IMG/VR virus record: IMGVR_UViG_3300045988_170206
Span: 1-64,000 of that record
From: a virus
Length of the DNA stretch: 64,000 nucleotides
Reading direction: 5' to 3' (one strand)
The position numbers and the translations under genes were made by a program. Below the pieces are notes generated by a model that was not told the origin of the DNA, did no database searches, and worked only from the letters and a program-made list of their open reading frames with translations. Below are positions 40,570-48,752 of the stretch, piece by piece. Every line of letters begins with the position of its first letter. Positions within the stretch are counted from its first letter, which is position 1.

Positions 40570-41057
40570 TAGGCTGTGGCCTCCTGTAGGTCGTTGAAGC
40601 GCTGACGGAAGGCAGGGTTAACGCATGTGCGGAACGTGGTGTCGGTGCCGTCCCATTTGGCGACGGCGGTTGCCCGGTTGAATCGGACTTTCCCGGTGTC
40701 GCTGACGTGGAGTGCGCCGATACCGCGGAGGACTGCGCGCCCCGACGTGGCGAGCTCTCGGATGATGGCGTTCGCGTATGCGGCGAGCACCATGCGGGCG
40801 AGTTCAATGTCGTAGCCGTAGTCGGCTGCGAAGGCTGCGTACTGGGCCTCGAGGGGCTGTCGCTCGTTCAGCCCGTAGCTGGGGGTGCCGTTGGAGAACT
40901 CGATGATGCCGAGGTAGCTGACGGTGGTTGGCTGGGTAGCGCTGGTTGCCTGGCTGGCCGTCCATTCACCGTATCGGGTGATGATCTCGTGTGCGAGGGC
41001 GTGGCTGACCTGGCATGTTTCCGCTGTCTGTCGGATGCGGGGGGTTCTGACGGTCAT
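40569..41057 (-). CDS. Hypothetical protein (162 aa), possibly HU/IHF-like DNA-binding fold
   Basis: ATGA overlap with the upstream gene. DIELARMVLAAYANAIIRELATSGRAVLRGIGALHVSDTGKVRFN loosely resembles the HU helix-arm region (..a....i...L..G..V.l.GfG.F.v). Weak evidence. Confidence 0.5.
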   Translation of the reverse strand: MTVRTPRIRQTAETCQVSHALAHEIITRYGEWTASQATSATQPTTVSYLGIIEFSNGTPSYGLNERQPLEAQYAAFAADYGYDIELARMVLAAYANAIIRELATSGRAVLRGIGALHVSDTGKVRFNRATAVAKWDGTDTTFRTCVNPAFRQRFNDLQEATA

Positions 41058-41347
41058 GCGAACTCCAGGGTCTTGATGGAGGCGTAGTACTTGGTGCGTA
41101 CCTCCGTGTCCTGCCAGATGTTGTATGTGGCCATGATCTTGGGGTCGGACATGGCCTGAATGACGGCGGCTTCCTCTGCTGTCCGGGTGATGTCGAACTC
41201 GAGCACGTCTCCGTTAGTGGGGACGTGCTCCTTGAGCATGGTGAGGAGTGCGTCTGCTGTGGATGCGGAGACGCGCGCGCTTTCGGTGGCCTGGCGGCGG
41301 CTGTTAGGCATGAAGCGCTGCTTGAACACTTCCTTGAAGGTGCTCAT
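41054..41347 (-). CDS. Hypothetical protein (97 aa)
   Basis: ATG with GAAAGGAAG RBS just after the hairpin at 41371-41414. Confidence 0.55.
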   Translation of the reverse strand: MSTFKEVFKQRFMPNSRRQATESARVSASTADALLTMLKEHVPTNGDVLEFDITRTAEEAAVIQAMSDPKIMATYNIWQDTEVRTKYYASIKTLEFA

Positions 41348-41370
41348 GGGCTTCCTTTCTGGCGGGTGCG

Positions 41371-41414
41371 GGGGCGACGCTCCCCACTGTTGTTTGGCGG
41401 ATGAGCGTCGCCCC
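41371..41414 (-). terminator. Intra-operon hairpin after the exported Gly/Met-rich membrane protein gene
   Basis: Perfect 12-bp stem GGGGCGACGCTC (41371-41382) / GAGCGTCGCCCC (41403-41414) with a 20-nt loop, 9 nt after the stop at 41423. Confidence 0.45.
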
Positions 41415-41422
41415 GGTGGGGG

Positions 41423-42370
41423 TTAGAAGATCTGGGACAGGATCCAGTAGAGAACCTGGCTGAGGCCGTTGCCGAAGGCGATACCGGTATCAACAAGGAC
41501 GCTGGACAGGACCAGGAGAATGATCGCTACGCCGAGGGCTACGAGCTCGAGTGCCTGCTTCTGGAGGTAGTAGCGGATCGGCGTGATGGGCTTCGCGCTG
41601 CCTCCAACCTGCTGCGGGGCCCCGCCGAAGCTGCCGGGCATCATTGCGCCCATCTGGTTACCAGAGGGGCCTCCGCGTTCGCCAGACTCGGCCATCTCGA
41701 CTGCCTGAATAGCTGCGGCGGGGATAACTCGGATGCCTTTGAGCCAACCGCCCTGCGCCTTTGCACCACCGTTGGGGTTACCGCTCATGCCCATGCCCAT
41801 TCCCATGGAGTTCGCGCCGGACTGGCTTCCGGTGCCGTTGCCGTACATGCCACCCGAGAGGATGGTGCGGATGAAGCCGATACTGACGGCGACGTAGAAC
41901 AGGCCAAGCATGTTGCTAACTGTGACGAGCGCGATCATGATGCTGAGAAGCCAGCCGATAGCAAAAGAGAGGAAGCCCAGGAGTGGGCGGGCGCTCTCTG
42001 CGCCCTGCTTGACGCTCTCATCGTCGGTCCAACCGCCCGACAGCCAGCCGCCCTTGTCCTTCGAGTGGTCGGTTTTGACCAGCGGATCATTGCCGGGGTT
42101 GGTCACGTCGATCTGGGGCTTGGATGGGCCGCTGCTACCCTGCGTGGGCTGCGGCTGGTTGGGGGTCTGCTGCGTGCCCTGCTGAGTAGTGCCGGGCGCT
42201 TGCGTGGGCTGTGGGGTGGGCGTGTTGGTGTTCGCGTCACTGTCGTAGGCGGCGACGACTCCCTGCGTGGGGGCGGCGAGGGCTGCGCTAACGGCTGTTC
42301 CGGTGGCTGCTGGGGCCACGATGAGGGCGCATGTCAGAGCAGCGCGTGTGATCGCGGGGGCGAGTTTCAC
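41423..42370 (-). CDS. Exported Pro/Gln-rich protein with TM segments and Gly/Met-rich loop (candidate T4SS surface/channel subunit)
   Basis: GTG with GAAAGGAA RBS. Signal peptide ...GTAVSAALAAP, a PTQ-rich spacer, TM helices (LLGFLSFAIGWLLSIMIALVTV; GLFYVAVSIGFIRTIL), the loop GNGTGSQSGANSMGMGMGMSGNPNGG, and a C-terminal TM (LVALGVAIILLVLSSVLV). Confidence 0.7.
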   Translation of the reverse strand: MKLAPAITRAALTCALIVAPAATGTAVSAALAAPTQGVVAAYDSDANTNTPTPQPTQAPGTTQQGTQQTPNQPQPTQGSSGPSKPQIDVTNPGNDPLVKTDHSKDKGGWLSGGWTDDESVKQGAESARPLLGFLSFAIGWLLSIMIALVTVSNMLGLFYVAVSIGFIRTILSGGMYGNGTGSQSGANSMGMGMGMSGNPNGGAKAQGGWLKGIRVIPAAAIQAVEMAESGERGGPSGNQMGAMMPGSFGGAPQQVGGSAKPITPIRYYLQKQALELVALGVAIILLVLSSVLVDTGIAFGNGLSQVLYWILSQIF

Positions 42371-42447
42371 GGCAGGCGTTCCTTTCTTGCGGTTGATGGG
42401 TGTGGGGTAAGAGCGTTGACGACCGTGCGGGGATACGTCTTGCTCTG

Positions 42448-43239
42448 TCAGTCGCCGCTGTCGGGGTAGAGGTCGGAGAACAGCTTCGACATCTTCGCTG
42501 ATTCCTCAGCCACCTTCTGTTCTCGGCTCTTCTTGGGGGCAGGTGGGTTGTCGGCGGCGTTGTAGCCGAGTGGTGCGAACTTGGTCCCCTCGAACTCGGG
42601 GCGTAGAGCTCTATAGCCCTTGGCCTTGAAATACTGAACCCCTTCGCTTTCCTCGTATCCTTCCGTCTGGACGTAGTTGAGGACGGGGATCTCGGGATAC
42701 AGGCCGATGAGCGTCTTGGCTCCCATGGCGCGAGTGTCGGGGCGCAGGAGGACTGCGCTGGGGCGACTGTCAGGGCCGGAGCCGCGGCCCCATCGCGCCT
42801 CGATCATGAGAGCCTGCTCCTGGTCGATGTCCGGGTTCTGGCCGGTAATGCGTGTGCCGACCTTTCCTGCGAATGCGGCGAGTTCCCCTCGCGTGAGGTC
42901 GAAGTCTGTGTCCGCTTCGATGTTCTTGTAGCGTGTGGGGTCTTCGACTGCGTAAGCGTCGCGCCGGAACTTGTCTCCTGTTCCGAAGTCGGGGATGCGC
43001 AGCGGGACGTTGGTGTGGAACCTGTATCCGACGACCGTGCCCCGCTGTGGCGTACCGTCGGGGTTCTTCTTACCGGGGATCACCTTGGATGGGTCGGTGA
43101 TGAGGCCAACGAGGTAGATCTCGTCCGCGAGTGCCTTGAGGTTCTGGGCGGCAGGAGCGTCTTCGACGCGCTTGAGCACGTCTCGTTTCGTCATGCCCTT
43201 CGAGCGGGCAATGTGTGGAGGTGTGATTGGTGTCGGCAT
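42448..43239 (-). CDS. Hypothetical soluble protein (263 aa)
   Basis: ATG with GAAAGG RBS. No TM segment or motif recognised. Confidence 0.6.
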   Translation of the reverse strand: MPTPITPPHIARSKGMTKRDVLKRVEDAPAAQNLKALADEIYLVGLITDPSKVIPGKKNPDGTPQRGTVVGYRFHTNVPLRIPDFGTGDKFRRDAYAVEDPTRYKNIEADTDFDLTRGELAAFAGKVGTRITGQNPDIDQEQALMIEARWGRGSGPDSRPSAVLLRPDTRAMGAKTLIGLYPEIPVLNYVQTEGYEESEGVQYFKAKGYRALRPEFEGTKFAPLGYNAADNPPAPKKSREQKVAEESAKMSKLFSDLYPDSGD

Positions 43240-43326
43240 GAATATGGCCTTTCGTGCGGAGGTAGTTTCTGCGTGTTTATCTCCATTATCCCCTATGGGA
43301 TCGTGTTGCGGTGTGTACGGCGCTCG

Positions 43327-43959
43327 TTAGCGGACGATAGCGATGCGACCGTCCTGATCGACTCGGTACTGCACGTCAATGAGGGAGCCTGATTCGTAGG
43401 AGTCGTACTGGCTCTTGGTAACGACATAGTCGACGGTACCGCCCTGCGCAGCTTGGGGGATGTTGGGGATGTTGATGCGCAGGGTGAAGACCAGCTGACC
43501 GTTGACTGCGGTGATGTCTTTCCCGATGACGACGGCACGCGCCTGCTGTGCCGGTGCGAACGTCAGACTGTTGGGGTCGATGGTCGCGTTTGGTGTCGGC
43601 TGCGCGGGGGTGGCTGGTGCTGTGGTTGCAGGGTCTTGCGTGGGTGTCTGCTGGGAGGGTGCCGGCTGCGGGGCTGCTGTCGTGTCGGGTGCGGGGATTG
43701 TGGGTGCGATGGTTGCTTGCGGCGTGGAGGCTTCTGCCCCTGCGTTGGCGGGGGTGCTGTGCCAGTTTTTGAGGCCGATAGCGACCACGAGGGCCACGAG
43801 GATCACGAGGGCGAGCGTGATGCTGCCGAGGATCACGGTGCGCGCGTTGCGCTTCTTCTCCACTTCGGGAGCTGGCTCGTCTGCGGTGGGGAGTGTCGTT
43901 GTCTCGTAGGTGTCTTCGTCGGCGACTGGGAGATCCCAGAAGTCATCGTTGTTGTCCAT
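43327..43959 (-). CDS. Bitopic membrane protein with acidic N-tail and Pro/Thr/Ala-rich exported region (210 aa)
   Basis: ATG with GAAAGGACA RBS. TM segment TVILGSITLALVILVALVVAIGL. Confidence 0.6.
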   Translation of the reverse strand: MDNNDDFWDLPVADEDTYETTTLPTADEPAPEVEKKRNARTVILGSITLALVILVALVVAIGLKNWHSTPANAGAEASTPQATIAPTIPAPDTTAAPQPAPSQQTPTQDPATTAPATPAQPTPNATIDPNSLTFAPAQQARAVVIGKDITAVNGQLVFTLRINIPNIPQAAQGGTVDYVVTKSQYDSYESGSLIDVQYRVDQDGRIAIVR

Positions 43960-44197
43960 TGGGGGTGTCCTTTCTGAGTGTTCCGTATCGGCGTGTGGTC
44001 CTGCACGCCTGTTCGTATTTGCGCCATGCGATTTGGCGCAGGACGGCTTTCGGATTGATTGCGGGGTCGGGGGTGAGGATGTCGCGGGCTTCTGCGAGCT
44101 CGGCGAGGGCGTGGGGGCCTTCTTGTTCGGCGGCGCGCGCGGGGAGGCCTACGTCGTTGATGGGGGCGACCCATAGGCTCGTGTAGTCGTCGATCAT
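43943..44197 (-). CDS. Hypothetical small protein (84 aa)
   Basis: ATG at 44197 in an ATGA overlap with the stop of 44194..44958. The longer 188-aa ORF-track form is Arg/Pro-rich and overlaps the upstream gene out of frame. Confidence 0.5.
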   Translation of the reverse strand: MIDDYTSLWVAPINDVGLPARAAEQEGPHALAELAEARDILTPDPAINPKAVLRQIAWRKYEQACRTTRRYGTLRKDTPNGQQR

Positions 44198-44958
44198 AGT
44201 TCGCTCACTCTCACTTGCGCTTGGAGGTGGAGGATCACCTGCTGGGGTGTGGTGAAGTCGGGGTGCGCGTTGAGGATCGCGACGATGAGGGGCAGGGGGA
44301 TGTGGGCGCTGCCGGAGGCCATGTTCTCGGCCCATTCTGCGAAGGAGTAGCCCTGGCGCTTGTAGGCTGACAGGTTGAGGTTCACGGTGCCTGTTGCGTG
44401 GGTTTCGCGTACTGCTCCGACGCGGAGTCCAGCGTCCATGAGGGCACGTAGTCGGCGCATGTGGGCGGTGAGTGCCTGCTGTTTGCCCTGGGGTGGGAGC
44501 TTGGCCCATTGGAGGAGGTCAGCGTCGATAGCGAGTGCTGGTTCCATGAGATCCACCCATGAGAACAGGTCCGTGTAGGTGGAGCTGTAGGGAGCGTTGT
44601 GGAGGATGTTGAGGGCGGGCGCGTACCAGGTGGCGGGGTTGCGTGTTGGTAGGAGAGTGTCGGGGGCCGTGTGCTTCAAGGGGCTGGGCGCGTGGTCTTG
44701 GAAGGCGACGTAGTAGAACTCTGAGCGCAGGGCTGCGTTGTTGTGCCCGTAGGGGCGGTTGCGGGGATCCTTAGCGGCTTCTGGCGTTGGGGAGATCGGC
44801 GCGCTGCCTGGACCGGCTGGCCCCATTGCTGGGGGCTGCGGGATGGGTGCTGTAGGGACAATCGGGCCGGAGAGGACGCTCTGGGGGCCGCGGAGTGTGA
44901 AGGTTTTGTTGTGGCGCACGAAGATTCGTAGCGCACTTTTGATGCTAGTAGAGGTCAT
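44194..44958 (-). CDS. Hypothetical protein (254 aa)
   Basis: ATG start overlapping the end of the upstream gene by 14 nt. No motif recognised. Confidence 0.6.
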   Translation of the reverse strand: MTSTSIKSALRIFVRHNKTFTLRGPQSVLSGPIVPTAPIPQPPAMGPAGPGSAPISPTPEAAKDPRNRPYGHNNAALRSEFYYVAFQDHAPSPLKHTAPDTLLPTRNPATWYAPALNILHNAPYSSTYTDLFSWVDLMEPALAIDADLLQWAKLPPQGKQQALTAHMRRLRALMDAGLRVGAVRETHATGTVNLNLSAYKRQGYSFAEWAENMASGSAHIPLPLIVAILNAHPDFTTPQQVILHLQAQVRVSEL

Positions 44959-46027
44959 TGTTGTACTCCTCGAGGGTGGCGTTTGGTGTCATCGTGTAAG
45001 TGACGACATGGCCGGGTGCGGCGTGCGTAATTCCTGGTTCGGCGGCGTGCTCGACGGTGATTTGGTCCAGTGGTGGGAGAGGGACGGATGAGGGGAGTCC
45101 TGCGAGGTCGGGGTCGTCGATGCTGATGGTATCGCCGTTGAGGTGGAGAGTGAGACTGTCTCCATAGGTGAGTGGGCCTGCGAGCCCGAGGTCGATGAAT
45201 GGGGGGCGGGCGAACAGGTCGGTGGGTTCGAGGCTGGAGTACTCGTCAGGGAAGGCGACCATCTGTCGCCCGAGGGTGAAGTCGATGGTCCACCATCCGC
45301 CTCGTGAGCGCCATTCGTTCTCGTCAAGGCGCGCCGGTAGTGGGGCATCGTCGGTGGCGAAGTGTTCCCAGGCCCATTTCTGCCAGGGTTGCCCGTCGTG
45401 TGTGCGCATCCAGTTGAGTGATGCGTCTGTGAGGGGCGTGTGTTGGCCGGTGGAGAATTGGCCGTCGAGGGCTACCCACATGTCGAAGCCTGCGGGGAGC
45501 GCGTCGAGGGCTTCGATCATGGGCGTGGTGGTGCCGATGGTGTTGTGGAAGAGTTCTTGCACGTCGGGGTGTTCCCACCATGTATGGAAGGTGGGCATTC
45601 CTTGTCCGAAGGTGCGTGCCTCGAGGATCCATCGGCAGTTGGGGGTGTTGGTTTTGCGGCGTTCGAGGCGGGTGTCTGCGTCGAGTGTTTCTTGGTTGGT
45701 GTGCAGGTCGAGGAGGTGTGTGCGCCAGCGGAGGGCCTGCCATGCGTCGTAGATGATCTGCTTATCGTCGTCGGTGATGAAAGGGTCGTCTTTGATGGTG
45801 GAGTAGGCGAGTCGGTAGTGGGCTGCTGTGGTGATGGCTGTGCCGTCGAGCTTCCAGCTGAGGGTGGGGATGATGGAGCGCGCAACGTCGTGCAGCTCCG
45901 TCTTGTTGAGGATCCACGGTTGGGTTTGCGCGTAGGCGAGGTAGAGGTTCGCGAGGTGCAGCTTGTAGAGCCCGAAGTAGGACAGGGCGCTCACGGTGCG
46001 TTTTTCGAGGGTTTCGATGCTGCTCAT
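44945..46027 (-). CDS. Hypothetical Trp-rich protein (360 aa) translationally coupled to the sortase gene
   Basis: ATG at 46027 in an ATGA overlap with the sortase stop. The His/Arg-rich 34-aa extension in the ORF track was rejected. Confidence 0.6.
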   Translation of the reverse strand: MSSIETLEKRTVSALSYFGLYKLHLANLYLAYAQTQPWILNKTELHDVARSIIPTLSWKLDGTAITTAAHYRLAYSTIKDDPFITDDDKQIIYDAWQALRWRTHLLDLHTNQETLDADTRLERRKTNTPNCRWILEARTFGQGMPTFHTWWEHPDVQELFHNTIGTTTPMIEALDALPAGFDMWVALDGQFSTGQHTPLTDASLNWMRTHDGQPWQKWAWEHFATDDAPLPARLDENEWRSRGGWWTIDFTLGRQMVAFPDEYSSLEPTDLFARPPFIDLGLAGPLTYGDSLTLHLNGDTISIDDPDLAGLPSSVPLPPLDQITVEHAAEPGITHAAPGHVVTYTMTPNATLEEYNNDLY

Positions 46028-46911
46028 GCGTCCCCCTGTGGTCGTGGGCGTTTCTTCTTGGGTATCGCCATGACGATGCCCGTGGTGAGAGCGCCGAGGG
46101 ATGCGGCTCCCATGAGACGCATGTACCAAGGTAGGGGTGTGATTGTGTTGAGGATGAACTCGACGGGGCCGGGAGTCGTTGTTGTTGCAGCGGGGTCTGT
46201 TTCGGGGTTGTAGGGGATGCGTTCGCCGGTGACGAGGAGGCGGTGGGAGTTGACTGCGTAGGGGGTGCAGGTCATGAGGGTCACGAGGTCTTTGCCGGGG
46301 ACGGGGGCGAGGGCTTCGATTTGGTCGGGTGTGATGACATCAATGCTGGTGACTTCGTAGGCGAGGGTTTCGCCGTACACGTCCACGTAGAACATGTCGC
46401 CGACCTTTACGTCGCTGAGGCGGTCGAAGAGTGTGGCGCTGCGTAGGCCTGTGTGGGTGGAGAGGACGGGGCGGGTACCCGTGTCGCCGACGGGGAGTGC
46501 TGTGCCGTAGAGGTGGCCTGCGCCGGTACGCATGGCTTCGTCACTGGTGCCATGGTGGACGGGTAGGTCGATGCTGACGTTGGGGACTCTGATGCGAGCC
46601 ATTACGTCGGTGTCGGCGAGTTGGTGCAGGTAGTTGTCGTAGGCGGCTGCGTCGTGTTCACTCGGGGCAGTGTAGGGGTCGGCGAGGGGAACGCCTGCGA
46701 GGGACTGGTTGTAGGCGTGAGCGTCGCGGAGTGCTTGTTCGACTTTCTCGGGCTGCTGTCGCTTGAGGGTTTCGGCCTGCTGGGCTTGCTGGGCTGCTGC
46801 TTCGCGCGCCTGCTGATTCTCCCAGATGGTGCCTACAGTGGGGTAGGCGAGCATGAGGGCGACGGCGAGCATGAGTGCTGCTGCGAAGCGTCGCATGGTT
46901 GCTGCCTTCAT
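46024..46911 (-). CDS. srtC: Class C (pilus-assembly) sortase
   Basis: N-terminal anchor FAAALMLAVALMLAYP, catalytic His in VLSTHTGL, Cys in LVTLMTCTPY (TLxTC) and Arg in HRLLVTGER. C-terminal TM + KKKRPRP typical of class C. AGGAAGGGAAG RBS. Confidence 0.9.
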   Translation of the reverse strand: MKAATMRRFAAALMLAVALMLAYPTVGTIWENQQAREAAAQQAQQAETLKRQQPEKVEQALRDAHAYNQSLAGVPLADPYTAPSEHDAAAYDNYLHQLADTDVMARIRVPNVSIDLPVHHGTSDEAMRTGAGHLYGTALPVGDTGTRPVLSTHTGLRSATLFDRLSDVKVGDMFYVDVYGETLAYEVTSIDVITPDQIEALAPVPGKDLVTLMTCTPYAVNSHRLLVTGERIPYNPETDPAATTTTPGPVEFILNTITPLPWYMRLMGAASLGALTTGIVMAIPKKKRPRPQGDA

Positions 46912-47023
46912 GACTTCCCTTCCTGCATTGACGTTACCGTATAAAGAATATCATCTGTCTAGGGTTTTCCAGATGAATTGCTGCTGTTTGTCCCGTGTTA
47001 TGTAGTCGATTTTGAGGCATGGG

Positions 47024-47068
47024 GAAGCCCCGCGCTTCGCAGCATGTGGCCGGTCAGCGCGGGGCTTC
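47024..47068 (-). terminator. Hairpin terminator after the major pilin gene
   Basis: Perfect 12-bp stem GAAGCCCCGCGC (47024-47035) / GCGCGGGGCTTC (47057-47068), 13 nt after the stop at 47081. Followed on the minus strand by an AT-richer ~110-nt gap before the sortase gene. Confidence 0.55.
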
Positions 47069-47080
47069 AAGAGGCAGGGG

Positions 47081-48727
47081 TCAGGCGGTCTCGCCCTGCT
47101 TGCTGTTGCGGCGCGAACGGAAGGCGAAGAACCCAGCTGCGCCCGCCATGATGGTAGCGGCAGAGCCGATCAGGCCGATGCCTGCGCCACCCGTGAACGG
47201 GAGGAGCTGCTTCTTTGTGTCCACGATGGTGCGGGAACCACCCGCGTTGTCCGTGGTGTCTGCGTCGCGCTGTGCGTCGGCGAACGCTGCGGCCATGTCA
47301 GTGACCTCACCGGCGACAGTCAGGTCGAACTTGACGGGGCTCGGTAGGAGGTTGTAGCCCTCGGGGGCCTTGGACTCGACGAGGCAGTAGGAGTGCAGGT
47401 CGGTCTGCTCTGCGCCGTTGTACCAGTTGGAGAGCTGGAGGCCGGAGACCTTTGTGAGGCCCTGAGCGTCGGTGGGTGCAGACGTGGCGATGGGCTCGCC
47501 GGAGACGGCGGCAGCGTCACAGACGGTACCACCTGTGGCGCGGTAGACCTTGAACTCCGCGCCCGCGAGCACAGTGCCGTCAGTCCCCGTCTTCTTGAGC
47601 ACGATGTCACCGTACTTGGAGACGACCTCGGGCGACTTTGGCGGCTTGTTGGGGGTCTCAGGCGGGGTGTTGCCGGGGGTGCCCGGCTTGTTGCCGTTAT
47701 TGATGAGCCAGTTGTTTGACGGGATGAACCAGGCCTGGTTCTTCAGCTCACCCGTGACGTTGTTCGCCGTCACGCGGGTGACGATCTCGACGGTGAACTT
47801 CTTGCCGGTGTTGGCGGCGAGCTTGTTCAGGCCGTCCGATGTCACGGACCAGCCGAGCTGGTTGCCGGTCTGGGAGAGCACGTAGTCCGCGCCTTCGGTG
47901 AGCGCAGTGTCGCCGACGGAGACCTTGCTGGACACGTACTCGGTGCCCTCGGGGAGGGTGTCCTGCACGTAGTAGTAGCCCAGGTCTGCGCCGTTGACCT
48001 GGCCGTCGCCGTTGCTGTCACCTGCGAGGACGGTGGAGGCGAGTGTGTAGGTCAGGTTCTCGCCGACCTTGTAGCCGTCCTGGTTCTGGGTGCCGGTGTT
48101 GCCGTCCTTGACGGTCTTCTCGATGCTGTTCTCCGTGTTCTTCGGGTAGATGTCGATGTCGTACATCCAATCCGAGTGATTACGAGGGTTCGTCTGAGGC
48201 ATGATCGCCAGGAACGGCGCTGCTGGCGTGATCGCCGATGCGTCACCTGGGTAGTTCGCCAGGTTCTCGTTGACGATGTACACACCGAGCTCGACGGTCG
48301 CTGATGCGTCGCCGGTGGCGTTGGTGGTGACGCTCGTCGCCTTCGTGAAGGTGTAATCCTTGCCGTCGATGGACAGCTTGCCGGAGGCGACGATCTCCGG
48401 GGTGAGCGTGAGGTCCGCGGCCTTCTCTGCGATGGCCATGCCTGCGGTGGAGTGCAGGTCGATGCCGTCGATCTTGTAGAGATCGAACGTCACGTCGGCG
48501 AGGGGTTCGCCGAGTGCCTGGCGGGCCTGGTCGGAGAGCGGCGTGCCGTCAGCGCGGGTACCGCTCTCCACACCCTTGATCTTGTGGATCTTGATGGTGC
48601 CCTGGGTGGGGCCACCGTCGAGAATGGGGCTGGGGGCTGCGTTGGCGATACCTGCGCCCATGAGGCTCACGAGCGCGAGGGCGGCGGTCGCGGATGCGAC
48701 GGTGTATCGGTGGGTCGTCTTCTTCAT
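47081..48727 (-). CDS. Major (shaft) pilin, SpaA/FimA-type LPxTG protein
   Basis: Signal peptide ...GAGIANAAP, pilin motif DIDIYPKN, E-box YCLVESKAPEGYNLL, and sorting signal LPFTGGAGIGLIGSAATIMAGAAGFFAFRSRR. GAAAGGAAC RBS. Confidence 0.85.
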   Translation of the reverse strand: MKKTTHRYTVASATAALALVSLMGAGIANAAPSPILDGGPTQGTIKIHKIKGVESGTRADGTPLSDQARQALGEPLADVTFDLYKIDGIDLHSTAGMAIAEKAADLTLTPEIVASGKLSIDGKDYTFTKATSVTTNATGDASATVELGVYIVNENLANYPGDASAITPAAPFLAIMPQTNPRNHSDWMYDIDIYPKNTENSIEKTVKDGNTGTQNQDGYKVGENLTYTLASTVLAGDSNGDGQVNGADLGYYYVQDTLPEGTEYVSSKVSVGDTALTEGADYVLSQTGNQLGWSVTSDGLNKLAANTGKKFTVEIVTRVTANNVTGELKNQAWFIPSNNWLINNGNKPGTPGNTPPETPNKPPKSPEVVSKYGDIVLKKTGTDGTVLAGAEFKVYRATGGTVCDAAAVSGEPIATSAPTDAQGLTKVSGLQLSNWYNGAEQTDLHSYCLVESKAPEGYNLLPSPVKFDLTVAGEVTDMAAAFADAQRDADTTDNAGGSRTIVDTKKQLLPFTGGAGIGLIGSAATIMAGAAGFFAFRSRRNSKQGETA

Positions 48728-48752
48728 GGAGAAGGTTCCTTTCTTTTGGGGG

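Noticed and set aside
46912-47023. Promoter call in the AT-richer gap upstream of the sortase gene
   Set aside because: Several TA-rich hexamers are present (TATTCT, TTTATA, TAGACA), but none forms a -35/-10 pair with 16-18 bp spacing, so no promoter feature is reported.
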